64,000 nucleotides of DNA from Catajapyx aquilonaris. Its lineage: Eukaryota. The position numbers and the translations under genes are program-made. Below the pieces are notes generated by a model. The model saw only the letters and a program-made list of their open reading frames with translations. It did no database searches and was not told where the DNA came from. Numbering within the stretch: the first letter of the stretch is position 1; each line of letters starts with the position of its first letter. Positions 1-14,470 of this stretch are shown in pieces. The stretch spans positions 1 to 64,000 of the forward strand of contig JYFJ02001708.1 in the NCBI GenBank assembly GCA_000934665.2, in the 5' to 3' direction.

Positions 1-181
1 TTTCCCCCCCAAACCCTACTACCCTTCCAAACGAAAAAAAATCGAAAAAAACAACGAACAAACCCTAGTGTTGACATGGGCTTCAACTCGGCCCATTCCC
101 ACGCAAGCTGGGAGTCCTGATATGTAAAAATGATTACTCTCATCTGTAAGCGCAAGCAGGAAAAAGAACGATAGCAAGATG

Positions 182-388
182 CTATAATACTAATAAATTA
201 TGTACAGAATTGGTTAGGCGAGTCGCACGATGACTCATCACCTATGAGCATGTAGTTGCACTTTTCCCCGCAAGGCCGTGATGGCAGTAGTGGGCAGAGA
301 GGGAGGATGCGCGCCATCTGTGAGTGACATTTAAGTGGAGGAGCGAGCCCGGCAGTGTTGGCAAATTTAGGCAACGAGTTCATTCTGG
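182..388 (+). mobile_element. Diverged copy of the non-autonomous Helitron family (related to 19598-19956)
   Basis: Shares internal blocks with 19598-19956 (tgactcatcacc..gcatgtagt, tggcagtag..gcagagagggag). Ends in a degenerate hairpin gttggcaaatttaggcaac followed by CTGG|T (CTRR terminus). 5' boundary approximate. Confidence 0.65.
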
Positions 389-1378
389 TACATAAATAAA
401 CGTGGTATGTGGTCAAAAAAATGCGATTTTCACCCTTTCTTCACACCTGATGGCCTTAGTTGTCTCCACCAATAAACTCTCTGGGAAGAAGTGTTGAGGC
501 TGAAACAAAGCCTTCTTTTCCCCCCAAAAAATGGAGAAGCCACTAAAGAGCAAAGGACCGGTTGAAAATCGATCCCCCCCCCCAAGCCCCCTCCCCCCAA
601 GCCCTCCTCAGTTTTTCGACGAGTCCTGACCCACATTTCCTCCCTTTTGATTCATTGCCTGGCTGTTCCGACAGCGTACCAGAGGCCCATTTTATTCAGC
701 GCGACCTATATGTCTCTGAAGAGAGAATAGGAGATAGAAAAAAAATAGTGTGGGAGGGAAGACCTGAAATGGGGGTGAAAAGTACAACTCTTCGAATTGG
801 CCATTTCCATCCTCTCTTCTCTTTTTTTGGCCAAATTTACCGCATTCTTCCCTCCCTTGAACTGTGCAAAAGCCCCTCCTCTGACAGCGCCCGAGAGAAA
901 AATTAACTCTTGCATGAACGGGCCTCTACTTAACTGCCTGTTTATTTTCTCCAGCCTTCCCTGCCTGTTTAATTTCCAAGCAGCCGCACGCAAAAACATG
1001 ACCCCTTCCTGCTTCTAACTTGGCCCATTTATTCTACATTGCTAATAGCTCCTCGGGATGCGCCTCAGCCCATGCTGCTTAACATTTTCATTGTAAATTA
1101 TACCCCGGTAAACACAGTCCGATAGTATAGGGAAGAAGAAGGAAGAAGAGGAGGAGAAATGCTTCCTTATTAATTGGAGGCTGCTTGGATTATACATTAT
1201 GCATTTTGGAAGCGGAAATGGATCGTCTTCATCAGTTCTCCGGGAGATTCTTACATGGAGTTCGGGGAAGTATGGAACGGTTTAATTATTCTGATTACCA
1301 TTCCAATTGAAATCTACTCTGAAGGAACAGCGGTACTGAATTATAACTTACACCCGGATTTGTATCAAACAAAACATA

Positions 1379-1552
1379 CCGTCAAACGTGGTGAGATTGT
1401 GCCAGCGAATTTTTTTACAATAGTGAGAATTTTACTCGTTATTGTCTATACCTTGACCACCACTCAATATATAGTGTAAAAAATTCGCTACTTTACGCCT
1501 GAGCACACTGTTGTCCAAAATTCCACTGGCACAATCTCACCACGTTGGACGG
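1379..1552. mobile_element. 174-bp MITE, Tc1/mariner/pogo type
   Basis: 27-bp terminal inverted repeats CCGTCAAACGTGGTGAGATTGTGCCAG / CTGGCACAATCTCACCACGTTGGACGG (1 mismatch), extending imperfectly to about 48 bp. TA on both sides (1377-1378, 1553-1554). No coding capacity. Confidence 0.85.
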
Positions 1553-2510
1553 TAGCTGTTTACGATATCCGCTCATTGGTCTGTACTAACAAAAATGAAC
1601 CTTCGCAAATTACTCCCATTCCAGCAACATATCCAGCAAATAGGCATACATATTTATTCATATATCAAGGGAAATGGCCGGGTTTCAATATTCCTTCCAT
1701 CGCAACTTTGTGTGTATTTTTTTGTCCTTTCCTTTTCCTTTTCCCTCTGGTGCAGACGTTTGGAGAAGATACAAATGAGACGGTTTTGTAGCAGTGCATA
1801 GATCCCATAGTGGAGTCCGTCAGGGGGAAAACTGGAGCCGTTTCTGAGCTTTGCAATGAAAAGGGAATATCAGAAAAGGGTTTGGAGGGAAGAGGGAGGG
1901 GAGCCTTGAAGGAAGTCATGCAGAGCAATCAGCTTTCTCCCACGCTGAAGAATACTTATCCATGAAAGCCAGCGCCTGCTTTGAAGAGGCGAGTGATTGG
2001 AAAACAGGGGACCGAGAAACAAGACCAAACACAGCACACACAAAAAAAAACCCAAGTAAGGGTGGTGGACATGTCTCAAAGGGAAATTGAAACTGGAAGG
2101 GCGGACGTGCGGGACTTACATAACTCAACTCAAAAAAAAAACACAAACATACAGCCAGGCCCTCCAAAAAAATAATAAGGGCAAGCCACATACAAAAAAA
2201 TATCGTCTTTAAAGATCAATTTACGTATATCATAATTACGGCTTTACAAAGCGGAGCATTATGTACTTTCATATCAAAGCACTGAACCGCAACCTAATAG
2301 CAGTCTATTTACATTTTAATGGTAAAGTGCACGGATATCTCGGATTCTTTGATCTCTTGTACTGTACAGTGCTCCAGCCTCTCCTGCATATAACGTCTTG
2401 TCCCACCATTATATAAAGTTTAAGAACAGGCTGCGTTGTAAAGGGGAGCGCCATTGCTTTGGCTCCGAAAAATTTTTAATTGAATTTTACTGCAAGTAGA
2501 GCATGCTCGC

Positions 2511-2615
2511 CTTACCTTGTGCGGCTCATGCACACGTACACCAAACTCATTCCCTTGCTAAACAGCAATGCAGGTCCGCTTACCTGTAAAGAAGAGAGGG
2601 AAACACGTGAAAACA
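2511..2615 (-). other. Candidate recursive splice site (ratchet point) with 68-nt RS-exon (2583-2516)
   Basis: Minus strand reads gttgttttcacgtgtttccctctcttctttacag|GTAAGC: a strong 3' splice site directly regenerating a 5' splice site. A second consensus donor AAG|gtaagg follows 68 nt downstream. Confidence 0.6.
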
Positions 2616-4296
2616 ACTTGTTAAATGTACAGTCATCGGTACACTGATCTCTCAACGAAATTCAGTCTGCACGAAACGTACTTATAGTCTATAGCTCCGG
2701 TACAGCAGTAGGCATAAATATGTAATGCCAGAGCTTAAAACCTTTGACAAAAGGCAGATCTTTTGCAGCTAATTGCGTTTACTGCCGCTTTTGGAGCTTA
2801 AGCGCTTTTGCAAGAAGTTTTTGAACCAAGTCTGCAGGGAACTGTTCCAAAAATTTAACAAAGCTCCGTTCAAAAGGTGCACTGCACACAGCAGTGTTTG
2901 ATAATGAGGCTCCAGTACTCTCATTATCCCAGCGGACTTAAATCACATCAAAACTCTTTTCATGCACTTTAGTAGAGTGAGAAATGTACGCCAGTAAAGT
3001 ATTGCGCGAATGTAATTTTAAATTAATTTTAAAACAAGAGTTAGCCCGGATGCTCCGTTTCGGCCTACAATATTCGAATCGTAATTACCACGCTGAACCG
3101 CAATGTTCCTGAAAGAGGAAAAGTATAATCCAGCCTGAAGTGCTGCAGAACTTGTTGCGCCTTAAGACCGGCAATACTGCCATAAAATGTACAAATCCGA
3201 CGAAATGAAACAGGGAAAGAAGGTTCCCATCTCCGAATATAGAGCACACAGAGGCATTAAACTTCATATCCGGATTAGAGATAGCAGATAGTTACTCCTC
3301 AGAGAGAAGCGAAGCATATAAAATATCCAGCCATTATTCCCACACTTCTAAGTCTCCTCCCCCTTTGGCTGGACTTGATTCCTTTATTATCCCCCCAGCT
3401 CTTAATGGCCCATGACGATAGGCCCATTCCCGACGGCCAAATTAAGCTGTCAAGCAAGTACTTGCTGGTGTTTAGATACGGTTGATGCTGGTTGGGGGGG
3501 AAGAGAAGGTTTCATGATTGGCTCCATTCATATTAAGCCGCTGCCCGGCACGTGTCGTCTACACTCGAAACTCCCTACCAAAACGATAAGATCTGATATC
3601 CAAAACAAATTGTCAGTATTTCCAATCCTGGTGGTATTTCCAACACTGGGTGCGTATTTTGAATGCGCAGTTGGCGCAAAAAAATAAAAATCAGATTTTT
3701 AGGTCAGGGGCATAAACTCTCTGGAATAATATGTGCGCCATAACCGGTCCCAAAAGTGCAGATCTCCGTGGAATAATTCACGCACTGCCTTGAGCAGGGG
3801 GCTCCCATTCCTAATCTCCCTTACTACTAAGGTATTTTTTCAGCAGAAAAAAACCCTTCCTTATTTCACCACTTCCCCGCCCACTTCCTGCATCCGGCTG
3901 ATTCAGCAACCAATATCTTGGCCCGAAATAGGGCCAAGCTTCAGACGTTCCTAGAAAGAGCCGCGGTCCATTTCCGTGGTCCTGTCCTCCCTTCCAAACG
4001 TTCCCCAATTTGCATGCGCCTCGAAGGCATGACCTCATGTCCAATAATGATGCCCATAGGGGGTCTAGTACATTAATCAAGTGCATGAGAGATTCCTTAG
4101 AGAGATCTTTACCTCCCCCTGCCTTTGAAATGCATTCCCTTAGACTTGGCCGTTCGATCCGAGTCACCTTTAATTACTGCCTCTGGGCAAGGTGTGCCAC
4201 CATGGCTCCTGAAACGCCAAGTCGCATCTCTTGGGCTTATTTTTAGGTTGTATCGACCATGTTCTAGCTTTTAACCTGCACACGCTGCAATTAAAT

Positions 4297-4380
4297 GACG
4301 CCTTGTATCCAAAGCCATCCGCCAGTTGGCACTACCATTTTGAGCGCCAACTGGTGGATGGCTAAGTCCAACATGGCGTC
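4297..4380. repeat. Imperfect inverted repeat / hairpin
   Basis: Core arms AGCCATCCGCCAGTTGGCACT (4313-4333) and AGCGCCAACTGGTGGATGGCT (4343-4363) with a 9-nt loop. Outer GACGCC / GGCGTC pairing extends the stem. Confidence 0.75.
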
Positions 4381-7300
4381 GCATCATCCGTACAGCTGCA
4401 AAAAAAAGATGACAGAATATCTTGTTGCTAAAGGAAACCTCATGAAAAAAGGGGGATTTATGCCTGGCTAGCCTGTAAATAATAATTTCGCAGAGGCAAT
4501 CCTATAAGAGTAAGTCTCTGGCCAAAATCCTACTTTCGCTTCCCCCGGAATTTTCCCCTGACTGTGCATTTTCCAGGCCGGAAACTGTCCGGCTCCGGGG
4601 AGGGATGAAACAAAATGCTGCAACTGCGCTCCGGGTGATTCACCAGCACACTCTGCTAATTTTGTTCCGAACATTTTCAACTTTTCCTTTTGAGTCGCTG
4701 TATCGTGTGGCTTTTTTTTTTTTTGAAATAATAAAAATGGCAGCCGTGCGAAACACGTTTTGCACATTGGAGGGATGCTAGAAAGTCCGCTTTATGTTCC
4801 ACCGCATTTATAGACACATTTCAGTAGTTGATAAACCGTTAAGAGCAGTTTTGCAAATTTCATGCGCTAATAGGCAGGCGAGGGGGATATGAAATTTGCA
4901 TCTTGCAGGATGATGTATATATGCCTGTTTTGGGTTTCAAACTGCGTAGCCGCAGGAATTTTTGCCAATAAAAAGTCTATCATGAAGGTGCTTCTAGATA
5001 TGTGCAATATCCACACTGCACGTTCGCAAAAATCCATAGAGGTAATAATGTGTGATTCATTCCGAATTTCTTAACACTCGAACGGTGTGCAAAAATTCAT
5101 CCGACTGTGAGATGTGTTACGCTCTATATTCCGGTTTTAGGGGCACTCAAACTTCGCAAAAATTACCGTAATGAAATTTGCACTTCGTTTGTGGCTCGCT
5201 TTATAAAATTGTGGGTGATATGCCTACATGGAAAATCCTCATTCAATGAAGATTATGTAATAAATAGGAAATACAATATTTTAATTTATTTCTGTACGAT
5301 CTATTTATAATAATTTGATTACTGCTGTTGTATGAGGGTCGTTTATTCCTTTTGCAAATGTGTCTGTTCATGATCAAAACTTTCCTGGCATATTCTCCCT
5401 CACCCTTGGCCTCTCCAGTGGATTAAGGCAAAGTCTATCGACAAGATTAGCAGCTCTGAGTCTAGATCTATCAAAGTGAGGCTGAGGGGAGGTGGAGGCG
5501 AGACGGCTTTTCCTTAGAAATTAAGGAAATGGAGGAGAGATAATCCCCCTTGCAATGTCACCCATTACACGGAGCTGGTTTAATCGATGATATCGGTCAG
5601 GATGAAGCCTCGATGCTGCACATCTCTGACTCTCTGATATTTCTATGACACGAGCAGTTTGTTGTGCAAATTGCTTCAAAATTTTGGCGCATGCATCATG
5701 GTCGATATGCCTTTGGAAAAGAGCTCCAAAGGGCTGGCCATCAGGTCAGAATGAATTTATCTAGTGCAGCAGCAGTGACCAATCTCCGGAGATGGGAGGG
5801 CCGCCCCTTTTTGGCCCCGGAGACGTGTCCTCCTGTCCATTCACCCCCTACCCCTCGAGACTCGTGTGTCACGGCTGACCGCTACAAGGCCATGCATTAC
5901 CGGGGACCCCTCTCATTTGTCACCGGCCTTGTCACACGACCCTAACCCCCTTTTTTTTCCAGGAGACGTGAGGCGTTCCGGAATCGACTTTATGCGGGGC
6001 TGTCTTGGGCCAGGACTATGCATTGCCCCTACTGACCATACAACAATCTTCCTGGTCAGTCTCATGACTAATGCTCCGAGGCCCGGATCAGTCAGCCGGA
6101 AAATTAGTCGGGACCGAATGGGAAATGAATTGGATTTTCCCGGAGAGGTCACCTCTCTTTGGTCAGATTTAAGCGGGTTGGAACTACATGGGGACACGTA
6201 TGGCCCTACACACACACTGTGTTGCTTATTCCCATGCAGAGCTCCCAGTGCTATGAATAATCGGACCCTGATTTGGAGGAATTTACACACGGGGAAATAC
6301 ACCGGCTCTTTTCAAAGCCATATGTAACATATTCATATGAAACGTCATTTGGCTGGCCCAGGTCCATCTCTCGGAATAAATCAATTCGTTCGGGGGGGAA
6401 ATTGATACCATCCTCATCAATACCTAATGAAATTACCTATTAAAAATCAACCACGCGAGTAATCTGAACCAGGTATCACCGCAGGCAATGAATAAAATAA
6501 CGCTAATAAACCACGTAATCGATTCATCCAACCTGTCAATGTAACATTCCAAGCGTATTTCCGTCCATATATACTTGGGAAGTACTGTTGAAGTTAATTA
6601 TGTACCCTCTTCTTTTTCATTATTGCATTTCCACATTTTCTAAAAACCTCTTTTTATGGCCCAAGGCACTTAACCTTTTTTTCTCGCCCCTCGTTTTATT
6701 TCATCATCTGAGACCTCCCAGGAAGCTCTTTTCCAGCGATTTCACGCCTGCTTGGGTCCGCGGCAAAAATTAGCCTTTCAAAGAACTACTCATAAACATA
6801 CTTTTTCCTTACCTATTCGATAAAAAAGGGCGCTGCAAAAGTTTAGAAGCTAGGTGACTCCATGATTTTAGTAAAAACTAAGCTAATTTCACTCTACCAA
6901 TTACATAGGTTTTGCTAAAATATTGCCAGATGTTATCGAGTTAACTTTCTCCATGTGCATGAATATTTAGCATAGTTTTATAAAAACACTTGGCACAAAA
7001 ATTTGGCGAAGTCGCCCGCCCTCAAGAGGCTCCTTGCCAGTTCCGTGCTAAACTTTAATAAAATTGCACGGTGTGAAATGGAAGGCAACAAAATAATGGT
7101 TTGGGAGACGGGGAGAAAAAAACCTCTTGTTCACTTTTGACTAATGGAGTCTTGACCCTTTGGGACCATTCGTCAAAAACTTCACACTGTACACTACATG
7201 CACTTCCCCTAGCAACCCACCCCACGCGTCCATATATATATAAAAAAAAATTCAGCCTGCAAAAATGGCATGCAATTTTTCCATTTTGACAACACCCTCC

Positions 7301-10300
7301 CTATACTATAACCCAACCACCCCCGCTTCACCCGCAGTATATGCATCGCTTTTTGAAAAATGAGTCCCAAAGAGACCCGACAATGGTCCCTTTTTTATTA
7401 TTGGAAAGAGAGTTGAAACGGGGAGTCCCCGTCGACTACAGGGATGTTAGCATAGCTGCTTAATTTAGTAGCTGCTGAATATAGCATGGCTGAATGTAGC
7501 AGTCTCTTTCTCCTGGCTGTAGTTGAATTATGTGTGAGTGATAGCTTTTTCATCCGCAATTAGCCGAAACAGATTGTTGGGAGGTCCGGTCTGCCTCCAT
7601 CTTGGCCGTCCCGACCTCATGAAGCCGACCGTTTCCCTGACAACATCCCCTCCCCAAACCCCCTTTTGCTCAGAGAGCACCTAAACTCGGCCAAAAATCG
7701 ACTCTCTCTTGGAAAGAGGCAAAAGGATTCTTCCAGGATGCTGCAGAGACACCAAAAAGCGGCGTCGCAGTGGGACCAAGGCTGCTGCGTTAAAACTCAC
7801 TAATGCCTTCGGGGAATGAACCGCGGGTATCGGATTTTAGGTCCCCNCCCCCCCCCCTCTGTGATGTGTGTGTATTGTGTCCCTCACCCCTCCCTTATTC
7901 CTCAAGAGAGAAGAATGAAGAAGAGAGTCTTTGTCTAAAAGAGACAGATTATATACTGCTTCTCTCCCAAAAATGGATCACTGTCAGCTTTTGCCGGCTT
8001 CTGTCAATTTCGCAAAGCTTTTCAGGAAGTGATCGCGTTTAATGGACAATTTTCTTTCGTCACCCCATGTCTGCTGGATGTCTGCTGGAGAAGCGAGTCG
8101 TCCAGCAACCCTTTTGAAAATGGGCGACAGTCGCAAAAATATCGGTCAATTTATATGACTTATTTGCAAAATATATAGGGTCATATGCAGGATGTTTTTC
8201 CCCAGCAGGATTTTTTCACGGTAGAATATATTTGGAGTGTAACGTGAGACGAGAAGTATTGTGAGAGCGGTAATTGGTACAGGTTGCTATGGTTTTGAAG
8301 ACGGTTTTCAAAAGGCTTCTGTGGAAGGATAGGAAAGACACAATGGATTCTTATAATAATAAGCTGCTTTTGGAAAGAGAGAAAAAAAACATTTTTGGCG
8401 TATAGTCGGAATTGTTATATCTTGAACCACTACCGGAAGAGATGAAACTTAGGAAAAACAACTTAATTCTGTTTCAGTCCAACTAGAGGAGCCACAACAC
8501 CAATTTTTTTTTAAATTATATACTTTGCATGTAAATCTTCAAAGTTTATCAGCCAGCTCGCAAGAAAACAAGAAGAATCCAGAAAAATACAGCTATTTTT
8601 ATAAGCCTGTTTTACTATAATTATCTCCCGACGAGCTTCTGCAGTATTTTATTCCAAGAAAAACATATTTTAGTCCTGAAATATCACGAAACGTACTTTG
8701 AAGTCATGAATATTTCATTCTTGCTGAACATATGCAGAGAGCAGTTACAGTTGCTCTTTTCAATTTTTTTTTGTTAAGCCGAATATAAATTTTATTAACC
8801 GTACAGTATGTTTAGCAAGAGTGCATTTGAGTCTTTGGTATATAGGAATTTAACCAATCACTGGATAGGACATATCATTATTTTTTGCAACTAGTTTGTT
8901 CACAACTGAATGTTAAACTGGTCGATATAATATAATTGGGTTTATCAATATTTTCAACAAAAAATGATGATATATAGGCAATATTACACACAATAAAGAA
9001 CTCCTCTATAAAACAAAACCGCGAATTTCATGCCAACCATAAGCCTAAGCTCCAAAACCTGTGGAACATTACATACCATTTAAAACTCTTGCAATAAATC
9101 AACCTTTCCCACTCCAGCAGCTTATAGCACTTTCCACTGACCACAAGTGACCCTCGAAGCTGAGGGCCCTGTAAATTATAGCAAGACCAACAGAGGGACA
9201 AAGAGAGAGAAAAAAAGAGAGGACGCAAACCAGAAAGTCGAGGCTTTTGGAGCAAAAGCGAGCCTGCTATTTTTTGGAGAAAAAAAAGTGTCCAAAACAA
9301 AAGCTGTCGGACCATTGGTCGCTTTAACTAGCGAGAAATCGATGTCAGTCGTAAATCGAGTGCAGGTTTTTCTAAATTGACGGCGGCCTTTTGGGGATTT
9401 CCGCGGGCTGTTGTACCGATGCCAGCCCAGCCTAAACTCCCAGCAGATCTTTTATGCTCAGTGCTATGAGGATTCGACGCCCCCCCCCCCCAAACACATC
9501 AGATTATTTAAACGGGGGAGGGGGCGAATTTGCACGAGTTCTGCGAAAAATGAATCCCCCGATATGATTGATTTGACCCTCCCCCTCAGTCCTAGTCATA
9601 CTTCCAAATCGGATGCAAAATGGAACATGCCAATTGCTGAGGGATTACCGACTCTGTTTAAATCTACTGCTCATTGGCATGAAATCGATGTTACAGCATA
9701 CTAATCCTATTTACCGAGGAGATTTTCCACGGCGGAAAATCCGATCGGAAGAGATTTTTTGTTCAAACTGCGACTGCCAAATGGAAGCGATCTGCGATCG
9801 GAGGGAGGTAGTGATTAAATAATATGTGAATCGACAACATGTCCTATTAAATTGTTGATCAGAGTAACATTTTTTTTTTTGCTAAGATGCACTACAGTTT
9901 TTGCAAGGTTTATTCAGTTCATTTCCTTACAAACTGCGCATCAACTGCATGTCTGATAATTTTAACCTATGTGGCCCACCCGGTCCCCCTCAAAAAATTT
10001 GGCCATCCCTGACGCCTCAGACTGCACACACACAAAAAATAAATTTGGCGACAGCTGTCAACTAAGGATTAGACTGCGAAATTACAAAAATCCTCGGCGC
10101 CAATTGGTTTTTTTTTGGTGCCTTGAGCGAATAAAAGAGCGGCAATATGACGACCGGAGAGAGAGAGAAAAAAAAGTTGCTTCCGCATACATTATATTTT
10201 CCCCCAGCTTTTCCGCACTTTTTAATCTCATTGTGAGGATGTGATTGCCAACTCTTCGGCTACAGGCAAAGCAATCATCGGACTCCCTCAAATTTGGACC

Positions 10301-13300
10301 AATGGCAATGCCAGTAGCTTGTCATTCTCCCAAAAAACCGCATTGCCTCAAGGACATGTATTTCGACCCAGACACAATAACGCAGCTCTTTGGGGGTCTT
10401 ATCTTTCGCCAATTACCATGTCCAAGTTCATAGATCCTTATCTGTAACTGCATGTACAAGGTGATCCAAAAAAGGGTACAAAAATTCAGCTTATTTCAGT
10501 GAGCATAAAATATTATGCTATTTGTATCACTTGAAAGATGATATCTGCTACTATTTTGTGGAAAATCCCTCTAATAGAGAAGAGTCTTGAATTGTACACG
10601 AATCTGCTAGCATATACAGACAAGAATAATCATATGCCGAACTCTATAAATATTGGGAGGATGACAGTAAGCCCATCACAAGCTATAAATCGCAGGGAAA
10701 AATATTCAGTCATCATAAAACTTTCAAGTCAAAAAGTGGGAGTTATCTTAACGTTTTCAGAAAATAGCAGCGAGATTGTATTTCAAATTGCGGGGTAATG
10801 CATTATGGAGAGGATGGAGAGGGATAGCCCATTACCATTACCGATGTACAGGGTGGCACACTCTGCATGGCTACACACTTTAGGGAAAAGATTTGTGTGG
10901 ATTTTTGACATCAGCAGCACTGAGATAATTTTAATTAGTACGAAGAGAGTACTTTCTCCACCGCACTTGGTTAGTCTTCACTCTGTTTTTTGAAGTACAT
11001 TTTTCATGCCCTCTTAATCCCTGCACTTGAGTAATGCAACACCCTGTCTGTACTGTACTGAACCATGTAATGGATGAATGCAGCATTCCACGCACTGAAA
11101 CGAGAGCTTTTTCAGTTGGGAATAACTTACTGTATATCTAGCATCAGTGTTAGAGTAAGAATTTGCTCTCAGAATATAAGCACTTCGCTTAGAAATTTAA
11201 TATAACTGTACATATCTCTGTTACATGCTCTCCGCATGCTGCGTACATGGCAACTAATTATTTAATGTTGTTAGAACAAAAAGTAATTTTTGGAGTCAGC
11301 AACTGCATTGTTTGTTTTTCAAACCTTTCCATCAAGCTACGGTACGTTTTATATATGTAATTGTGAAATTTAATATTGCAACAGATACAGGACGTATATA
11401 GTTCTCCGATAGTTCTCCAGGTAGTATATTAGGTAAATAATAAAACATTATACGGTGTTCCGGATCGACAAATACAGGCCATATTACTTGAGAGTACTGT
11501 ACACATCCTACAGGGAGTTTAAGAATAATTAGTTCCGCGATTTATTATAGGTTCGGAACAAATTTAATTTAGTGAAGTGTGTCGCTTCCCTTAATTTGGC
11601 ATTTAAAATTTCAGCCTTTTTAAATTAACAAATGCGCTTGCTCTTGTTCAGTGCACGCAACCTATTTCAGTCCATATGAATCAACATTTGCAGTTAATGA
11701 ACGTGGCCAGCGCAGCATATGAAAAACGCACTGTTCACACCCCACAAGAGTGACTTTTGTAAGCAAAAAAAAACTCTTCCATCGGACGATTAAGTCCAAA
11801 ACGCGAATTGCAAAGCGCACAATGAATCGTCCAACTTGCATTATCTTTCATTTGGCAGCGACTAACGTGATTACAAGAGGCCCAGACGTAAATGCAACAC
11901 TGACTTATGAGAGCAAAAAAAACTCTCATCCCCGTGTGTATTTAACCGAATATGACATTCACCGGAGTACACACACTGCCTTACACATGCGACGATCCGA
12001 CAAGGTTTATGCACATAAAGAGAGGGTCGAAATCGCATTAATTACAGCTTCCCTCCGGATTGAAAAAAAAAAACTGCATGGGGATTACACCCAGTTTTTT
12101 TCCCCTCATTTCATAATAACAAAGATGCAAAAAAAGGAAGTGTACCTAGTACTTTTTTTGTGTGTGATTGTCAGAAATCCGGTGCTGCAGGATGGGAGTC
12201 ATGCAGGCGGAAAGAGACGATAATTAGTATCAAAGTGGAAGTCAGCGGGCCGTACATTCGGATTGGGCAAAGGCGCAGGTAATCCTCCAGGCACGCCGAA
12301 AACCTCCATGAATTAACAGCTGTCCAGATCTGGGTTAGGTCTGGGTTTATTCCGCAGGTCCCCCACCCCCAAAACCTACAGCATGGCTGTGTCTTTGGCT
12401 CCGAATGGAAATTAGGATCCACTATACTCCAGCTGTCACAAGGTTGGTGGCAAGGCTTGCATCAGGGACTGGGTGGGGTTTATATTGGCATGGCCCAGCA
12501 AAGTCCTCCATAAAACTTGGGCACGCAATCTCAGGAACACACTTAACTCTAGAAAGGGTACGCGGTGTAATTGGACTTGCTTCTTGTTGCAAAGTCACGT
12601 GGATCAGACGGAAGCAATTGGAAGCGGACATGTCTGTCGATTCTAACCCTTGAAGCTGCTACGGGCCTTTATGAGTCTATAATGCTCGTAAATTTGGATC
12701 GGACTGGGGAACGCATGATTGCGAAAAAATTTCATATTCACACAAGACTGACCGTGCTCAAGAGTTTGAATGCACGGTTTTGTATTGGGAGGACCAAAAA
12801 AAAACTTGCGGGCTATGGGAATATGAAAGAAGGTCTCTCTACACATATTCCCAGAGCATCCGAGCTTTGAGAGCAACCCGTTAGCAAACTCTCTAAAAAA
12901 AGAACGCTGGTTTAAAAAAAAAAGTCAGAGCCCTCCAGGGCGCCCTAAACAATGTGGAAAAGCACAAGTGTGGGCCTAATGCATGGTGGCCACTTGGGAA
13001 ACTCATGTGCGGCGGCGCCACACTAGAACCAACTACACCCGAGACGACTTGTCTCCGAATTGCTACACACTACTGAAACAGAAGCACAAAAAAACGTAGG
13101 GTCAAAAAAAACAGGAATGGAGAGGATAAAGTGTCCATATAGAATTTGTTCAATACTGACACAAGATTTTTTTGCCAAATTCAAGGACAGAAACGTCAAA
13201 AGTAACTTGTTCAAACTTGGGCCAATAAAATTCCTGCATTTTTATGAAAATAGGTATTGGAAACTGGGTGTCACGGCTCGTCGCGTCAATCTTCGCCACA

Positions 13301-14470
13301 CATCCACTATATGCGAATTTCTGGATATTCCCCATTCCTGCCAAGTAAATTCTCCCTCAGGAGAACTCAGGAGGATTACGGATCGAACCAAACATTCCAG
13401 AAATATTTTTTTTCCGGTTGCCCTTATCAGATTTCCCGCATTCTGTGGGCCACCATAACGTCTCAAGGTCTGCATCGCAGAAGTTTTTGGCTGGAATCAT
13501 TACGCATCACCCTGTACCCCCCTCCTCTTTTCTGAAAAGATGCGATGATTCCCATTTGACTCCGAAATGAGACGATCCCTGAAGGCATCAGATGTGAAGA
13601 ATTTTCCCATCAAGCATTCCGTTGTTGGGGGAGGAGGACCTCTCCCCCAAAGTAATACTGCCCTCATCTATATTATATCCAAGCAAGGAGAGGGGGGATG
13701 TTCATACAGCGTACAAGTGAAGGAATGTTCTCGCTTATTGGTATTTCCGCCATTGTGGGTTCATTACGCCGCGTTTTGTCAACTCAGCCGGACGCTTCAG
13801 GCAGAATCGCAGAGGAATTAATGCTTTTCGATAACTGCTTCTCTGAAAATGATCACCTGCGGGCAACTGAACTTCCTCTGGTCAGATCAAAGGAGAAATC
13901 CGGCGGTGAATGTTGTTTACGGCCCGGAGAAACCGCGATCTTAGCCACAACACCGCTCTATATGATTTTTTCTTATTGAATCAGGTCACCCCCTGTACAA
14001 ATTTGGGAAATATTTGAGATTCGCAAAAAAAAATCCTGACTATAGGACCAGGCCGTTTGGATGGAAGAGTCTGGTATCACAGGTGTTTATGACCAGCTTT
14101 TATCGCCGAATACGTATCTTGTCTCGGGGAATTGAATCGATACGACGTGCTCGATGAAAGCCTAACGTTCTCTCTTGCTGTGTCCCTGGTCCTCTTTCTC
14201 TTTACCCCCGCAAGCTCCATAATAATTTCAACAGTGGGTGGGAGGGGGGGGGGGCAGGCCAGGGGATTTTATGGCGAGGGGGATCCCTGATACAAAGTGT
14301 AATGCGGCATTCGGATCCAGTGAATTATGCAGCTGCTTTTCGCACACACACAGGGCCTCGCCTTTTGCTACCTGAGAGAGCTTGTTTATTGGGAGTTGCT
14401 GGATAATGCACACGACAGATTTGTGTCGAAGGCCAGGAGCTGAACAGTTCGGATATTTTTTTAAAAAAAA

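Noticed and set aside
680..750. Strong minus-strand acceptor-like sites here, near 3109 and near 63876
   Set aside because: No good matching donor or recognisable coding frame; such sites arise often in homopolymer-rich DNA.
6808..6835. Third minus-strand AG|GTAAG junction (ttttttatcgaatag|gtaagg)
   Set aside because: The pyrimidine tract is short and separated from the AG by purines; much weaker than the two reported sites.
7847..7847. Single ambiguous base n in a poly-C run
   Set aside because: Sequencing/assembly artefact, not a biological feature.
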